Below are positions 1-10,729 of a stretch of 64,000 nucleotides of DNA, one piece after another. The DNA is from Nitrosopumilus sp. Lineage in GTDB: Archaea > Thermoproteota > Nitrososphaeria > Nitrososphaerales > Nitrosopumilaceae. Position numbers and translations under genes: made by a program. The notes under the pieces are model-generated. The model did not search any database, was not told where the DNA came from, and saw nothing but the letters and a program-made list of their open reading frames with translations. The stretch lies in the NCBI GenBank assembly GCA_965203315.1, contig OZ241857.1, forward strand, positions 992,001 to 1,056,000. Reading direction: 5' to 3'. Position 1 is the stretch's first letter. Each line of letters begins with the position of its first letter.

Positions 1-738
1 ATTCTATTAAAGTTGGGTGGATCTATAATCACAAATAAGAATAGACCGCTCACACCGCGTCGAGCTACAATATCAAAGATAACAGAGGTTCTAGATCTAG
101 ATGAGCCACTTGTCATAGTACATGGTGGTGGATCATTTGGCCATTATTGGTCTGTAAAGTATGACATGCATACTGCTGCAAAAGAGTACGATGCACGAGG
201 CGTGTCGATAGTAAAGAATTCGATGATTCAATTGGACAAGATAATCTTGGATGCAATGGTACACAATGGATTGAAACCATACTCGTTACCGCCCACAGAC
301 TTTATGCGTGGCGATAGACCGATTCGTACAAAGATATTAGAGATTGCAAATATTGCACAGAGTATGATTCCAGTTACATACGGCGATGCGTTATGGTATG
401 GTAAGAACATGACATACATATTGTCAGGAGATAGAATAATGAGTATACTAGCAAAGATTATACGACCACGTCTATGCATATTTGCATTAAACGAAGATGG
501 ACTATACAGAGACATGAAGACGCGAGAACTGATACGAGAGGTCGATGGTCATGTACCGGATATTAAAAGTAATGTGATGGACGTTACAGGAGGAATGACT
601 AGAAAGATAGAGTCAGCTAGAACGATTGCAAAAAAAGGAATAGATGTATTCTTTGTAAACGGAGCCAAACCAGAACGACTAGTACAAGCAATCAAGAGAG
701 ATAAATTTGAAGGAACTATGTTTAGAGGTAAGATATGA
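1..738 (+). CDS. ipk: Isopentenyl phosphate kinase (amino-acid kinase family), 5' end probably just outside the window
   Basis: Frame is open from base 1 (ILLKLGGSIIT); HGGGSFGH and DVTGGM motifs; upstream of idi and GGPP synthase. Confidence 0.9.
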   Translation: MLLKLGGSIITNKNRPLTPRRATISKITEVLDLDEPLVIVHGGGSFGHYWSVKYDMHTAAKEYDARGVSIVKNSMIQLDKIILDAMVHNGLKPYSLPPTDFMRGDRPIRTKILEIANIAQSMIPVTYGDALWYGKNMTYILSGDRIMSILAKIIRPRLCIFALNEDGLYRDMKTRELIREVDGHVPDIKSNVMDVTGGMTRKIESARTIAKKGIDVFFVNGAKPERLVQAIKRDKFEGTMFRGKI

Positions 739-1376
739 CAGAGTTTGTTATTCTAGTAGATGCAGATGACAATCAGATAGGACTCGAAGAGAAGGTAAAG
801 TGTCATTTACCACAAGGTAGGCTACATCGTGCTTTTACTGCATTACTGTTTGATGATACAGGTAGACTAGCTCTAGCTAGACGAGATGTCTCAAAGATGC
901 TTTGGCCGTCGTACTGGGACGGAACCTTTGCGAGTCATCCGCGAGAGGGAGAGACGTATGTTACTGCCGGTCAACGGAGAATGCCCGAAGAGTTGGGCAT
1001 ATCCACGAGACTCGACTATATCAACAAGTTTGAGTACCATGTACGGTACAAGGATGTAGGATCAGAGAACGAGATATGTGGGACATTGATCGGCATAGTG
1101 GATCAACCATCAAGTCTACGTGAGGTGAAAGGTGAGATAGACGAGATACGATGGACCAGTGCTGAACAGCTATTGGCAGAGATCACAGACAGTCCCCAGA
1201 TATACTGTCCGTGGATGCTCATCGCATTAGAGTTGTTAGACAAGACAGATATCTCGCTACGAACAAAGTATCATAATATATTGACAGAGTGGTGTAGCGA
1301 TATGATGCATAAAGGAATGACAACTGCAATTAACCATCACATATTACCAGAACGGTGGAGACTCGTACATGGATAA
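735..1376 (+). CDS. idi: Isopentenyl-diphosphate delta-isomerase, type 1 (NUDIX fold)
   Basis: LHRAF, WPSYWD..ASHP, RR..EELGI and ENEIC motifs; ATGA overlap with ipk. Confidence 0.92.
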   Translation: MTEFVILVDADDNQIGLEEKVKCHLPQGRLHRAFTALLFDDTGRLALARRDVSKMLWPSYWDGTFASHPREGETYVTAGQRRMPEELGISTRLDYINKFEYHVRYKDVGSENEICGTLIGIVDQPSSLREVKGEIDEIRWTSAEQLLAEITDSPQIYCPWMLIALELLDKTDISLRTKYHNILTEWCSDMMHKGMTTAINHHILPERWRLVHG

Positions 1377-2340
1377 TACACCGCAGCATGTCAAGAGCAT
1401 AGATCGATATCTAGAGGGCAAGATACGTGGCGATCCATCAAAGTTGTACGAGGCTGCAAATCATCTGATCAAACACGGTGGCAAGAGACTTCGACCGTAC
1501 ATGCTAATAAAGAGCTGTCAGATGTTGGGTGGCAACGCAAGAACTGCAATGCCTGCAGCTGCAGCAGTAGAGATGATTCACAACTTTACTCTAGTACATG
1601 ATGATATAATGGACAACGATGAGATTCGACACGGTGTCCCGACGGTTCACAAAAAGTTTGGCTTGCCAGTAGCAATACTCGCAGGCGATGTACTCTTTTC
1701 AAAGGCATATCAGAGTGTTATACGAGCAAAGGTACCACCAGAAGCTACAGTCCAGTTGGTGTCAAGATTGGCTGAAGCGTGTGTAGATATCTGTGAAGGT
1801 CAGATACTAGATATTAGAATGGCAGAGAGGAAAAAGATTCCATCTCGTATCGAGTATCATAAAATGATCAATAAAAAGACAGGTGCGCTCTTTGAGGTCT
1901 CGTGTGCGATGGGAGCCATCTGTGCTACACAGAACAGACAAGAGATTACAAGACTTGCTGTGTTTGGCAGATGCATGGGAGTTGCATTTCAGATGATCGA
2001 TGATCTGATCGGTGTCATGGGAGATCCAAAGGTTACGAAGAAACCTGTCGGAAACGATCTACGTGAGGGTAAAAAGTCATTACCTATACTGTTAGCCATG
2101 AAGGTTGCACGAGGCAGAGATAAACAGAACATCATGTCTACTTTTGGTAATCCAAAGGTATCAAACAGAGATCTCCTAAAGGCAGTAGACATTATACAAT
2201 CGTTAGGTATCGACAAGGAAATACGCCTAGAAGCAAATCTGTATGCCAGCCATGCAGGAACTATTATTTCAAAGTATAATGGTACAGCAAAACAAGATCT
2301 ACAGAAACTCTTAGAGTTTGTAGTGCTGCGAGATGTCTAA
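1369..2340 (+). CDS. Geranylgeranyl diphosphate synthase (polyprenyl synthetase)
   Basis: GGKRLRP, first aspartate-rich motif LVHDDIMD, GQILD, FQMIDD, DLREGKKS. Confidence 0.93.
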   Translation: MDNTPQHVKSIDRYLEGKIRGDPSKLYEAANHLIKHGGKRLRPYMLIKSCQMLGGNARTAMPAAAAVEMIHNFTLVHDDIMDNDEIRHGVPTVHKKFGLPVAILAGDVLFSKAYQSVIRAKVPPEATVQLVSRLAEACVDICEGQILDIRMAERKKIPSRIEYHKMINKKTGALFEVSCAMGAICATQNRQEITRLAVFGRCMGVAFQMIDDLIGVMGDPKVTKKPVGNDLREGKKSLPILLAMKVARGRDKQNIMSTFGNPKVSNRDLLKAVDIIQSLGIDKEIRLEANLYASHAGTIISKYNGTAKQDLQKLLEFVVLRDV

Positions 2341-2641
2341 TTGATAACATGTATGAAATGTACATGATAACGGTCTTTGTGAACATAGATTTTGGTAGAA
2401 GAATAAACTAGAGATCGATATTGAAGGGATTGTTCTTTTAAATTGACATAGGTTGAGACTCTACAAGATCTCCAAAACATAATGTTTGTGAATCAAATGA
2501 TTGGACAATACATGAGATTGCATTACTCTGGTATCTAGGTAAATTTTTCAAAAATTTAGTGTCATCAACTTCTACCAAGTTAAAAGAGCCACTTAACATT
2601 TAGGAATAGAGGTTTTATACTTCATGTAAATACAAGATACA

Positions 2642-3646
2642 TTGGAGTTTAGAGATAGAACAGACAGTGAGTTTTTAGAAGCCTTTACAAAGATACTACA
2701 GTCCCACAATGACAAGAACAATACATTCAAGTTTGCTCTTGCCAGATTCTTGTTAGAATATAGCAGAGAATCAAGTGATCCAATGGTACGATTCAGAGAA
2801 ATTGCCAAATACTTTTTCAAGTATTATTGGTTACAGGAATGTAAATCTAGGATCAGGCAAGGTCCTCCACATCAGACTCCAAAAGTGATTACGATAATTC
2901 GTGAGAGATTTACTGATAAAATATACTTGCAGACATATGGAGAGATACTTAGAGATCGAACAAAAGACGTAGAATGGTGCATCTCTGAGATCCAGAAAAA
3001 TTGTTTCCGTGATGTAATACATAGATTTCATCACGCTGTAGGTGATCAAAAGATCTTTTTTGATTATCGGGTAAAACGTTATCAGGACAAATCTGGTAAT
3101 GCTCTAATCGATGTAGGCGGAGGGATACGAATCAATCCAAACGCAATGCGATTCTTTAAAGAATACTATCAGGCACTTCATCGCGCTGTAATACTAGAAT
3201 GGATACGATTTTTGGAGAAACGCAACTTCGGCATTCCACACCTAGTTAAAAAGATAGAAGGCACTGTTACCAAACCGGATGTCAAACCAGAACTTGTACA
3301 AGCTTTGAAATCTTTTACATACTCGTGCTTTTATTGCGAGAGACATCTAGATTTGAAACCAAAGCCACATGTAGATCATGTAATACCCTTCGAGTATGTG
3401 GGAGATACAGAGCTGTGGAATCTCGTATTGACATGTCAAGAATGTAATTCTGAAAAATTGGGCAGACTTGCACCTCTAAAATATCTCGAAAAACTACTAG
3501 ATCGAAATATCTGTTATCAGCACAATAACAAGATGAATAATTCACTAAAGATGTTAAACTATGGAGCCGAGTCTATACGATGGCATTACAAAAATGCATA
3601 CATGTATGGATACCCAATAGTAAATGACTTTCCAAAGATCAGATGA
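2642..3646 (+). CDS. HNH endonuclease domain protein
   Basis: C-terminal CFYC..HVDHVIP..NLVLTCQECNSEK; N-terminal TFKFALARFL..KYYW block shared with 42877..44259. Confidence 0.8.
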   Translation: MEFRDRTDSEFLEAFTKILQSHNDKNNTFKFALARFLLEYSRESSDPMVRFREIAKYFFKYYWLQECKSRIRQGPPHQTPKVITIIRERFTDKIYLQTYGEILRDRTKDVEWCISEIQKNCFRDVIHRFHHAVGDQKIFFDYRVKRYQDKSGNALIDVGGGIRINPNAMRFFKEYYQALHRAVILEWIRFLEKRNFGIPHLVKKIEGTVTKPDVKPELVQALKSFTYSCFYCERHLDLKPKPHVDHVIPFEYVGDTELWNLVLTCQECNSEKLGRLAPLKYLEKLLDRNICYQHNNKMNNSLKMLNYGAESIRWHYKNAYMYGYPIVNDFPKIR

Positions 3647-3755
3647 TACAATGTGTATAGTTGAGATGGTTTTACATATACAATCACATTTCTAAATTCT
3701 AGAACTGGTACTCCGGATGTAAACTCGGTGCTAGACACAATTGATATAAAACATC

Positions 3756-5462
3756 ATGGAACATAATGTGGTTATGACGTCAGATGTGGAATCAAAGATC
3801 AGACAAGCTGCTCTATACAATGCAGTTCAGTATGGTGGTAAGACACAGGACAAGATAATACTAGGCAAGATTCTCGGTGGCAACCCCGAGCTGCGAAGTA
3901 ATGTGGCAGAGATAAAGGATACAATATCACGTATAGTATCAGAGGTGAATACTCTAGGCATAGAAGAGCAACGTGTCGAGTTGTCCAAGTATCCTGAAGT
4001 GGAGACCAAAAAGACTGTACAACGTGAGGGGCTACCCGAACTAGAGAATGCAGAACAAGGAATGGTTGTTACCAGATTTCCACCAGAGCCCAATGGTTAT
4101 CCACACATTGGACATGCAAAGGCAGCTATAATCAACTCCGAGTATGCAAAGATGTATGGCGGCAAATTCATCTTACGAATAGATGATACAAACCCCGAGA
4201 CGGAACGCATGGAGTATCATGCAGCAATCAAAGTTGGATTAGAGTGGCTAGGAGTAGAGTGGGATATCATAAAGAGTACATCAGATGACATGGAACTATT
4301 CTATGAGAAGGGACTGGAGTTGATAAAGAGATCAAAGGCATACGTATGTACATGTAAACGAGATGCCATCAGCAAGAATAGACGTGAACGCAAGTCCTGC
4401 AAATGTAGTAGAGGAGATACAGAAAAGAATCTCAAAGGATGGCACCACATGCATACAAAGTTCAAACCCGGTGTAGCAATAGTTCGTTTTCGTGGCGATA
4501 TGGAATCAGACAATGCCGTAATGCGAGACCCTGTCTTGTTTAGAATAATACATGAAGGACATTACACTTTGGGGGAACGATACAAGGTGTGGCCAAGCTA
4601 CGACTTGGCAGTTGCTATCGAGGACAGTATAGATGGCATAACTCATGCGTTTCGTTCCAAAGAGTTTGAGTTGCGACGTGAGTTGATCGATGCGATACTC
4701 GATGCACTAGGGATGCGTAAACCGCATCAAGGATTCTTTTCTAGATTAGAGTTGGAAGGGATGCCTACATCCAAGAGAGTTATTCGACCGTTGATCGATG
4801 AAGGAAAGATATCATGGTATGACGATCCAAGACTGCCCACACTAGAAGGACTGAAACGACGAGGCATCAAGCCAGAGGCCATACGCAAGTTCATAATGTC
4901 GTTGGGATTGACACGAGCAAATACACTTGCTCCCTTTGATGTACTAGAGTCATTCAATCGTAGATTGGTGGATTCTTCTAGTATCAGACTATTCATGGTG
5001 AGTAATCCACGGGTGTTGACTGTACGTGGTATACCGAATGATGTCATTACAATAGCAAATCATCCAACAAAGGACATGGGAACTAGAGAGATATCGATAA
5101 CAGATAGGTTTTACATATCTGGCGATGATCTAGATGGTGTCGTACAAGGTACCAACGTTCGTCTGCTAGGTCTAGGAAACGTAACCATCACAGATATTGA
5201 AAAGTTAGAGGGACAGTTCAATGATGTAGACAGCGATGTAAAGATACAATGGGTGCCTGTAGATACTGCACACAAGATACGAATCATCATTCCCAATGTA
5301 CTGTTTGATGGTGATACGTTCAACGAGAACAGCATTGAAGAGCTAGATGTTTATACAGAACCACATTATCAAAAGCTAGATGACGGGGACGAGATCCAAT
5401 TTGTTAGATTTGGATACTGCAGAAAGGACACGCAGAACATGGCGATATTTACACACAAGTGA
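3756..5462 (+). CDS. gltX: Glutamyl-tRNA synthetase, archaeal type
   Basis: TRFPPEPNGYPHIGH (HIGH motif), RIDDTNP, TSKR, QFVRFGY; true start may be 3774. Confidence 0.96.
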   Translation: MEHNVVMTSDVESKIRQAALYNAVQYGGKTQDKIILGKILGGNPELRSNVAEIKDTISRIVSEVNTLGIEEQRVELSKYPEVETKKTVQREGLPELENAEQGMVVTRFPPEPNGYPHIGHAKAAIINSEYAKMYGGKFILRIDDTNPETERMEYHAAIKVGLEWLGVEWDIIKSTSDDMELFYEKGLELIKRSKAYVCTCKRDAISKNRRERKSCKCSRGDTEKNLKGWHHMHTKFKPGVAIVRFRGDMESDNAVMRDPVLFRIIHEGHYTLGERYKVWPSYDLAVAIEDSIDGITHAFRSKEFELRRELIDAILDALGMRKPHQGFFSRLELEGMPTSKRVIRPLIDEGKISWYDDPRLPTLEGLKRRGIKPEAIRKFIMSLGLTRANTLAPFDVLESFNRRLVDSSSIRLFMVSNPRVLTVRGIPNDVITIANHPTKDMGTREISITDRFYISGDDLDGVVQGTNVRLLGLGNVTITDIEKLEGQFNDVDSDVKIQWVPVDTAHKIRIIIPNVLFDGDTFNENSIEELDVYTEPHYQKLDDGDEIQFVRFGYCRKDTQNMAIFTHK

Positions 5463-5468
5463 TGTACA

Positions 5469-6341
5469 ATGAAGATAGTTAGACTGGTATCCGGAAATAT
5501 AGAGACATATGGTTTTGTAGATGGCGATAACGTAGCAGTAAAGGATGAGATCACAAAGGTTACCGGCGTACCTGTGCCACAGAGCATCAAGGACTTTATG
5601 TTCGATGGTTGGTATCAAGAGATCTATAAGGTAAGAGATCAGCTCTCATACAGTAGCAAGTTGACGGACTATAAGATTGTCCATCCAATACCAAATCCCA
5701 GAAAGATCGTATGTCTAGCGTTCAACTATGTGGATCATGCCAGAGAACAGGGACTACAAGCACCGGAGGATCCTGCGATCGTCATAAAACCACATACAGC
5801 CTTGACAGGCACTAGCTCGGATATCATATGTCCAGACTTTGTAAAACAACTCGACTATGAGATAGAGTTGGCTCTGATAATCGGTAAAGAGTGTAAAGCA
5901 GTTAAACCGTCTGATGTACATGACGTAATATTTGGATACATGATACTAAATGATGTCTCTGCCAGAGATATCCAGTTCAAAGACAAACAGTTTACACGTG
6001 CAAAGGGGTTCGATACGTTTGCTCCATGTGGCCCATACATCACAACAGCAGATGAGATTGTTGATCCTCAGAATCTTGCCATGACTACAAAGGTGAATGG
6101 AGAGATCAGGCAGTCTTCAAACACATCAAACATGTTTATCAAGATATGTGATATTGTATCCAAGATATCCCAAGGAATGACACTTGAGCGTGGAGATATC
6201 ATATCTACAGGTACACCAGCAGGAGTAATGTTGAACAAACCAAATGCAGTATTCCTCAAAGATGGAGATCATATAGAGATGGAGATCGAAAGATTAGGTG
6301 TACTCACCAATACGATTCGAGTTGTGCCATCACCAGTATAG
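5469..6341 (+). CDS. Fumarylacetoacetate hydrolase family protein
   Basis: DYEIELA, NDVSARD, KGFDTFAPCGP, GDIISTGTPAGV. Confidence 0.93.
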   Translation: MKIVRLVSGNIETYGFVDGDNVAVKDEITKVTGVPVPQSIKDFMFDGWYQEIYKVRDQLSYSSKLTDYKIVHPIPNPRKIVCLAFNYVDHAREQGLQAPEDPAIVIKPHTALTGTSSDIICPDFVKQLDYEIELALIIGKECKAVKPSDVHDVIFGYMILNDVSARDIQFKDKQFTRAKGFDTFAPCGPYITTADEIVDPQNLAMTTKVNGEIRQSSNTSNMFIKICDIVSKISQGMTLERGDIISTGTPAGVMLNKPNAVFLKDGDHIEMEIERLGVLTNTIRVVPSPV

Positions 6342-6466
6342 TCTCATTTAAGATTGTCCACCACACAGGATGCAATTCAGATGTCAGAGATTTGATTTGT
6401 TATTATTTCTGTAGAGTGTCAACTATATTTCACTTTGTGTTTTTATATCTAGAACGATATTACTAG

Positions 6467-6808
6467 ATGTTCAAGATGTCAGAGAGGCTAGATAACAGTC
6501 ACAAGCCAAAACGAGTATGGATTACGATACTTTTAGCTATGATATTCCCCGGTGCAGGACACTTGTACCTAGAGCGATACAAACGAGGCATAGTGATGAT
6601 GGCACTCGTGTTAGTATCAAGTATTATTCCAGCTATAATGTTAGGGATAATGTACGGTGCAGAGATGGAACCTGATATCCCTAGTGCACTAATGGAAGAG
6701 ACGATCGCTGTATTGGTTGTAGCTGCAGTCTTTCTATTGCCGATAGGGTTAGGCATATGGCAGATTGTGGACGCGTACAAGATATGCAAACGTTATAACA
6801 GCATTTGA
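6467..6808 (+). CDS. Small membrane protein (three hydrophobic helices)
   Basis: LLAMIFPGAGHLYL motif followed by two further hydrophobic segments; TATA-like TTTATAT about 25 bp upstream. Confidence 0.65.
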   Translation: MFKMSERLDNSHKPKRVWITILLAMIFPGAGHLYLERYKRGIVMMALVLVSSIIPAIMLGIMYGAEMEPDIPSALMEETIAVLVVAAVFLLPIGLGIWQIVDAYKICKRYNSI

Positions 6809-7320
6809 GATATCAGAGATGTTTATTCATTAAATAAAATGTGGATTTTAATGATATGTGATCTGCTTTGATCGTACTCGTTGTAGCAATATGGATCGAT
6901 TTTATGTCATTTTGTACGATATAGTTTTGCAGGTATGATATGATCGGCATTATCGTATCTTGTGAATCAGAGAACAATGTAACAATAACGCTATCAAAGA
7001 TATTCGACTTTGTGATGATCCCGACAGACTCGTTGTTATCTTTGATACAACGTATAATGTTGTTCTGAGCAACAAGTCTCTGTACTATATCGTCGTCTAG
7101 CTTGAGCCATCGCCACGAATCTACATAGTAGTGGTACTTTGTACAGTCTATGTCTGTAGTCAAACTAGCTTTGATATTGTTCACGGTATAATCTGCGTAA
7201 TCACCGATGTTATCTTTGTCACTAGAATGTAACGTGTAAAAGTTCCAAGTATCGAGTATCGCATAGTCCATGGACTGAGCCATCGCGATCGATGATGCAT
7301 TGTTGGACTCTACCAACATG

Positions 7321-8857
7321 GGAGTTCATGCGAAAGTCGTTTTGAAGACTCGGGACGCCTAGCAACAAAGACATTCCAAATTATAAAGTGATCTCAGGTT
7401 TGTGATCTGTGCAATTGTACAATTATACATGTAGAGTCAAAACAGTGAATTATACCTTGATATCTTACAATATCATTCTATAAATCACAATGTTGGTGCG
7501 TATTATTTACGCAACTATTCGGTGAGATAATTTCATCTTTTTTAGTTTAGCCTGTTTTTTACGGTTTATCTTTACTCTCCATGCTGCAACAAGCTCTTCT
7601 AATCTAGGACTAGGTCTGCCGTGTTCATGATCCCAAAGAACGTGATAGTTGACCAGTGTAGATGCCATCTTGAAGGCATCGTTGTATTGGTCGTCATCTC
7701 CTCGGAACATGTTGAACAAGAGTTTAAACTGCTTTACACATCCAACTACGTGTTCTACTGTGGCGCGTTCACTGTCTATCTTTTTGTTGTATATCTCTTG
7801 TTCTTTTGTGAGTTGCCCACCTTTGGGTTTCTTGTATTTTATGCCTATCTTGGCACCTACAAAGATATCTCGAATCCCTAGGAATCCCAGATCTACTAGA
7901 ATGTACAGTCTTTGGCGAAGTGGAGTGTTTGGATCTGTTAACGACATGGACCACTTGCCAAGATTCAGTTTGAGCTCTTTGAATATGCTGAAATCGTGTG
8001 TCTTACCAGGAAACGTAGGAGACACATGTACTATCAGTCTCTCTTTTGTACACATCAATAGAGTATTTACCGTATGCATCTTTTTTTTGCCTGATTTGTA
8101 GTCATTGCGTATCTCTCTATCTACGGGTGTTGGAACACGAGTGTGTGATCCATCGAACAAGAATGTATGATCCTTTACCCATTTTGCAAGCTCTTTCTTT
8201 GTCTTGCATTTACTTATCGCATTTGCCAACTCGTCTGGCGAAAAACCCAAACTTTGAAAAAACTGATTCATGTATGTACAGTACCGGGACACATTACTCT
8301 GATCTATACCAAATCTACTGGCAAGATGGCACTGACTGTGACCACTTACCAGTCTCAGAATTGCCAAGAGCATGGCATACTCGGGAGTTAGTTTGGATAT
8401 TCTTCCACGCACTATGAGAACATTACGAAACTGTCTGTGAACATCTGCTGCCGGTATCCATTCTATAAACAGGCCGAGCAAAAAGTTAAACATGTCAAAA
8501 TCCAGCTTTGTATGCTCCCATAGAGTCTTTTCATTGCTAAGAATATTCTTACATGGAGGGAGCTCGAGTTCTTTTTTTGCTGCTTTGAGCTGTTCTTCTG
8601 CTATATCTGCACGTTCTTCGGCTGCTTTGAGTCGTTGTTCAAGCACTAGTTCCTTGTTCGAGTTAGCCATACTCTTGTTTATTCAAATTGGTATTTACCA
8701 TAGAGTGTCTTAAAAAATTGTCTTGTTGCGTATTCTATTTTTGGTTAATTTTTTACTCCTCCTCAGATACACGAAACCCGCAATAACTCGGAGAATTTAG
8801 TCAGATTTGACCCATCACACATCATATGTGCCTGAAAATGACTTTCGCATGAACTCC
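7321..8857 (-). mobile_element. IS5-family (ISL2/Harbinger-like) insertion sequence, 1537 bp
   Basis: Perfect 18-bp TIR GGAGTTCATGCGAAAGTC (extends to 27 bp with 3 mismatches); 3-bp target duplication ATG at 7318-7320 and 8858-8860. Confidence 0.92.
7507..8670 (-). CDS. DDE transposase (HTH_Tnp_4 plus DDE_Tnp_4-like)
   Basis: FGIDQSNVSRY helix-turn-helix; FDGSH, HD, VDLGF and ERATVEH catalytic blocks; lies between the TIRs. Confidence 0.9.
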   Translation of the reverse strand: MANSNKELVLEQRLKAAEERADIAEEQLKAAKKELELPPCKNILSNEKTLWEHTKLDFDMFNFLLGLFIEWIPAADVHRQFRNVLIVRGRISKLTPEYAMLLAILRLVSGHSQCHLASRFGIDQSNVSRYCTYMNQFFQSLGFSPDELANAISKCKTKKELAKWVKDHTFLFDGSHTRVPTPVDREIRNDYKSGKKKMHTVNTLLMCTKERLIVHVSPTFPGKTHDFSIFKELKLNLGKWSMSLTDPNTPLRQRLYILVDLGFLGIRDIFVGAKIGIKYKKPKGGQLTKEQEIYNKKIDSERATVEHVVGCVKQFKLLFNMFRGDDDQYNDAFKMASTLVNYHVLWDHEHGRPSPRLEELVAAWRVKINRKKQAKLKKMKLSHRIVA

Positions 8858-9281
8858 ATGCAAGACGTCTGTGCACCGTCGTCTGATCCGAGTTGTTCTG
8901 CATAGGCTAAGAGCTGTGTTGCGATCCCTCGCCTACGAAAGTCTGGCGATACTCGCACGCCCTCAAACCACATCTGCGACTTTGTTGTGGAACAGTGACA
9001 TATGCCTACGGGTCTGCCAACATCATAGATCAATAGATGCCCATGATTCAGCCAGTGACCCCAAACCTGATCGATGTAATCGCCCCAAGAGAATGTATTT
9101 TGACAGAAATCTAGTACGATCGGCTCATCAGCAGGTACTGCTCTTCGAATCATGGGCGATCCCATAGGTACTAGATATTACGATAGAGGTTATTATTGAT
9201 ACTTGACTGTATATAGGGACGTGTAGGGCTATGCAGTCGATAAAAGGAAAAAATATTAAAGAATCACTTGTTGTATAACGT

Positions 9282-9590
9282 ATGGGCAAAATTATAGTCG
9301 GTAAGACATCTGATATTACAACTGGCAAGATGGTAAAGGTTTCAGTAGATGGGAGAGAGATTCTGGTTGCAAACGTTGATGGTACCTACTATGCAATCGA
9401 CGATACGTGTACACATGCAGGTGCAAGTCTTGCAGAGGGCAAGTTGGATGGATGTACAGTAACATGTGGATGGCACGGAGCACAGTTTGATTGCAAGAGT
9501 GGTAGTTTGACAAAGTTTCCAGCAAAGATCAGAGACTTGACATCATATGCAATATCTATCGAAGCAGAGGATATCTTTGTAGAGGTATGA
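9282..9590 (+). CDS. Rieske 2Fe-2S ferredoxin
   Basis: CTH...CGWH Rieske ligands. Confidence 0.92.
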   Translation: MGKIIVGKTSDITTGKMVKVSVDGREILVANVDGTYYAIDDTCTHAGASLAEGKLDGCTVTCGWHGAQFDCKSGSLTKFPAKIRDLTSYAISIEAEDIFVEV

Positions 9591-9600
9591 GGCGGATACG

Positions 9601-9870
9601 ATGGTAAACGATGCACAAAACAACGAGTCGATGAATGAAGCAGTAGAGACACTGAATCAGATCGTAGCAAACAGTACTACACCCAGAACCATAAAAAAAT
9701 CGCTAACCGATCTTGTTGAGGAACTAAATAGTTCAGAGTATTCGTTGTCTGTTAGAGCTGCAAACGCAATAAGTATCCTAGATGATGTTACTCAGGACCC
9801 AAACATGCCATCATATGTACGAACTCAACTCTGGCAAGCAGTATCAAAGCTAGAGAGCATAAGAGAGTAG
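9601..9870 (+). CDS. UPF0147 family archaeal protein
   Basis: PRTIKK..VRAANAISILDD..DPNMPSYVRT..W..VSKLE pattern. Confidence 0.85.
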   Translation: MVNDAQNNESMNEAVETLNQIVANSTTPRTIKKSLTDLVEELNSSEYSLSVRAANAISILDDVTQDPNMPSYVRTQLWQAVSKLESIRE

Positions 9871-9880
9871 AGTACTTGGT

Positions 9881-10642
9881 GTGTATAGATTGAAGTTTAG
9901 TGAGTATCTAGATACGTTGCCATCAAATATCATTAGTGGTGAAGACGTAAAGTTACATTCTGGATCACTGCGCGATATATTCCGTTTGGTCGAGATGAAA
10001 AAGGATGATGTATTTTATCATCTTGGGTGTAGTGATGAAGAGGGATTAGAGATTGCTGTTGACGAGTTTGGAGTAAGAAGAGCAGTCGGAGTTGACAACA
10101 ATGAATCCAAGATCAAGTCTGCTAGAGAACGTTCTAGCATGAATAATGTAGAGTTGATATGTGATGATATACGTAATATCGACATATCCGATGGTACCGT
10201 CTTTCTGTTTTGGTTTACAGACGATAAAGTAATTGAAGACATGTTACCGAAATTTCTCGCATTACCAGATGGTTCACGTGTGGTTACCATTTGGGGTCCG
10301 TTATCAGGTTATCTACCAGAGAAGGTAAAGTTTCCATATGTCATGTGTACTGTACCATTCAAACAAGCTCCAAGTATGCGAGAACAATTACTTGCAGTAC
10401 TGGGTGTAGAGTGCGTAGATTTTATTACTGCTTGGGAGTTTGCAGAGAGATATACAAAGGCCATTGGTGATCCTAGTGTCAAAAATGATCGATTCTTGAC
10501 CATAATTCAGATGTTGGTGATATGGATAAACGCTAAAAACCTCGGAGTTGCGTGTGGGGATCAAATTCCTGAATCGATCAAGACGTATATCGGCATAATG
10601 AAGATGCACTTTGATATCGACTTTGAGTATCTGTTGAAATGA
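9881..10642 (+). CDS. SAM-dependent methyltransferase-like protein
   Basis: FYHLGCSD..GLEIA..VGVD class I motif variant. Confidence 0.7.
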   Translation: MYRLKFSEYLDTLPSNIISGEDVKLHSGSLRDIFRLVEMKKDDVFYHLGCSDEEGLEIAVDEFGVRRAVGVDNNESKIKSARERSSMNNVELICDDIRNIDISDGTVFLFWFTDDKVIEDMLPKFLALPDGSRVVTIWGPLSGYLPEKVKFPYVMCTVPFKQAPSMREQLLAVLGVECVDFITAWEFAERYTKAIGDPSVKNDRFLTIIQMLVIWINAKNLGVACGDQIPESIKTYIGIMKMHFDIDFEYLLK

Positions 10643-10729
10643 TCTCTAGTACATTGATGTACCGATCAGATTTGGTCTAGGTTGAGATCTTTATGTAATC
10701 TTTTTATCTTATCTAGACCGATATAATAC

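Larger units (their letters stand above)
6813..9165 (-). pseudogene. GNAT family N-acetyltransferase split by an IS (5' part 8858..9165, 3' part 6813..7320)
   Basis: RVSPDFRRRGIAT acetyl-CoA motif; removing 7321..8857 and one ATG copy restores in-frame ...QTSC-M-LVESNN... Confidence 0.9.
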
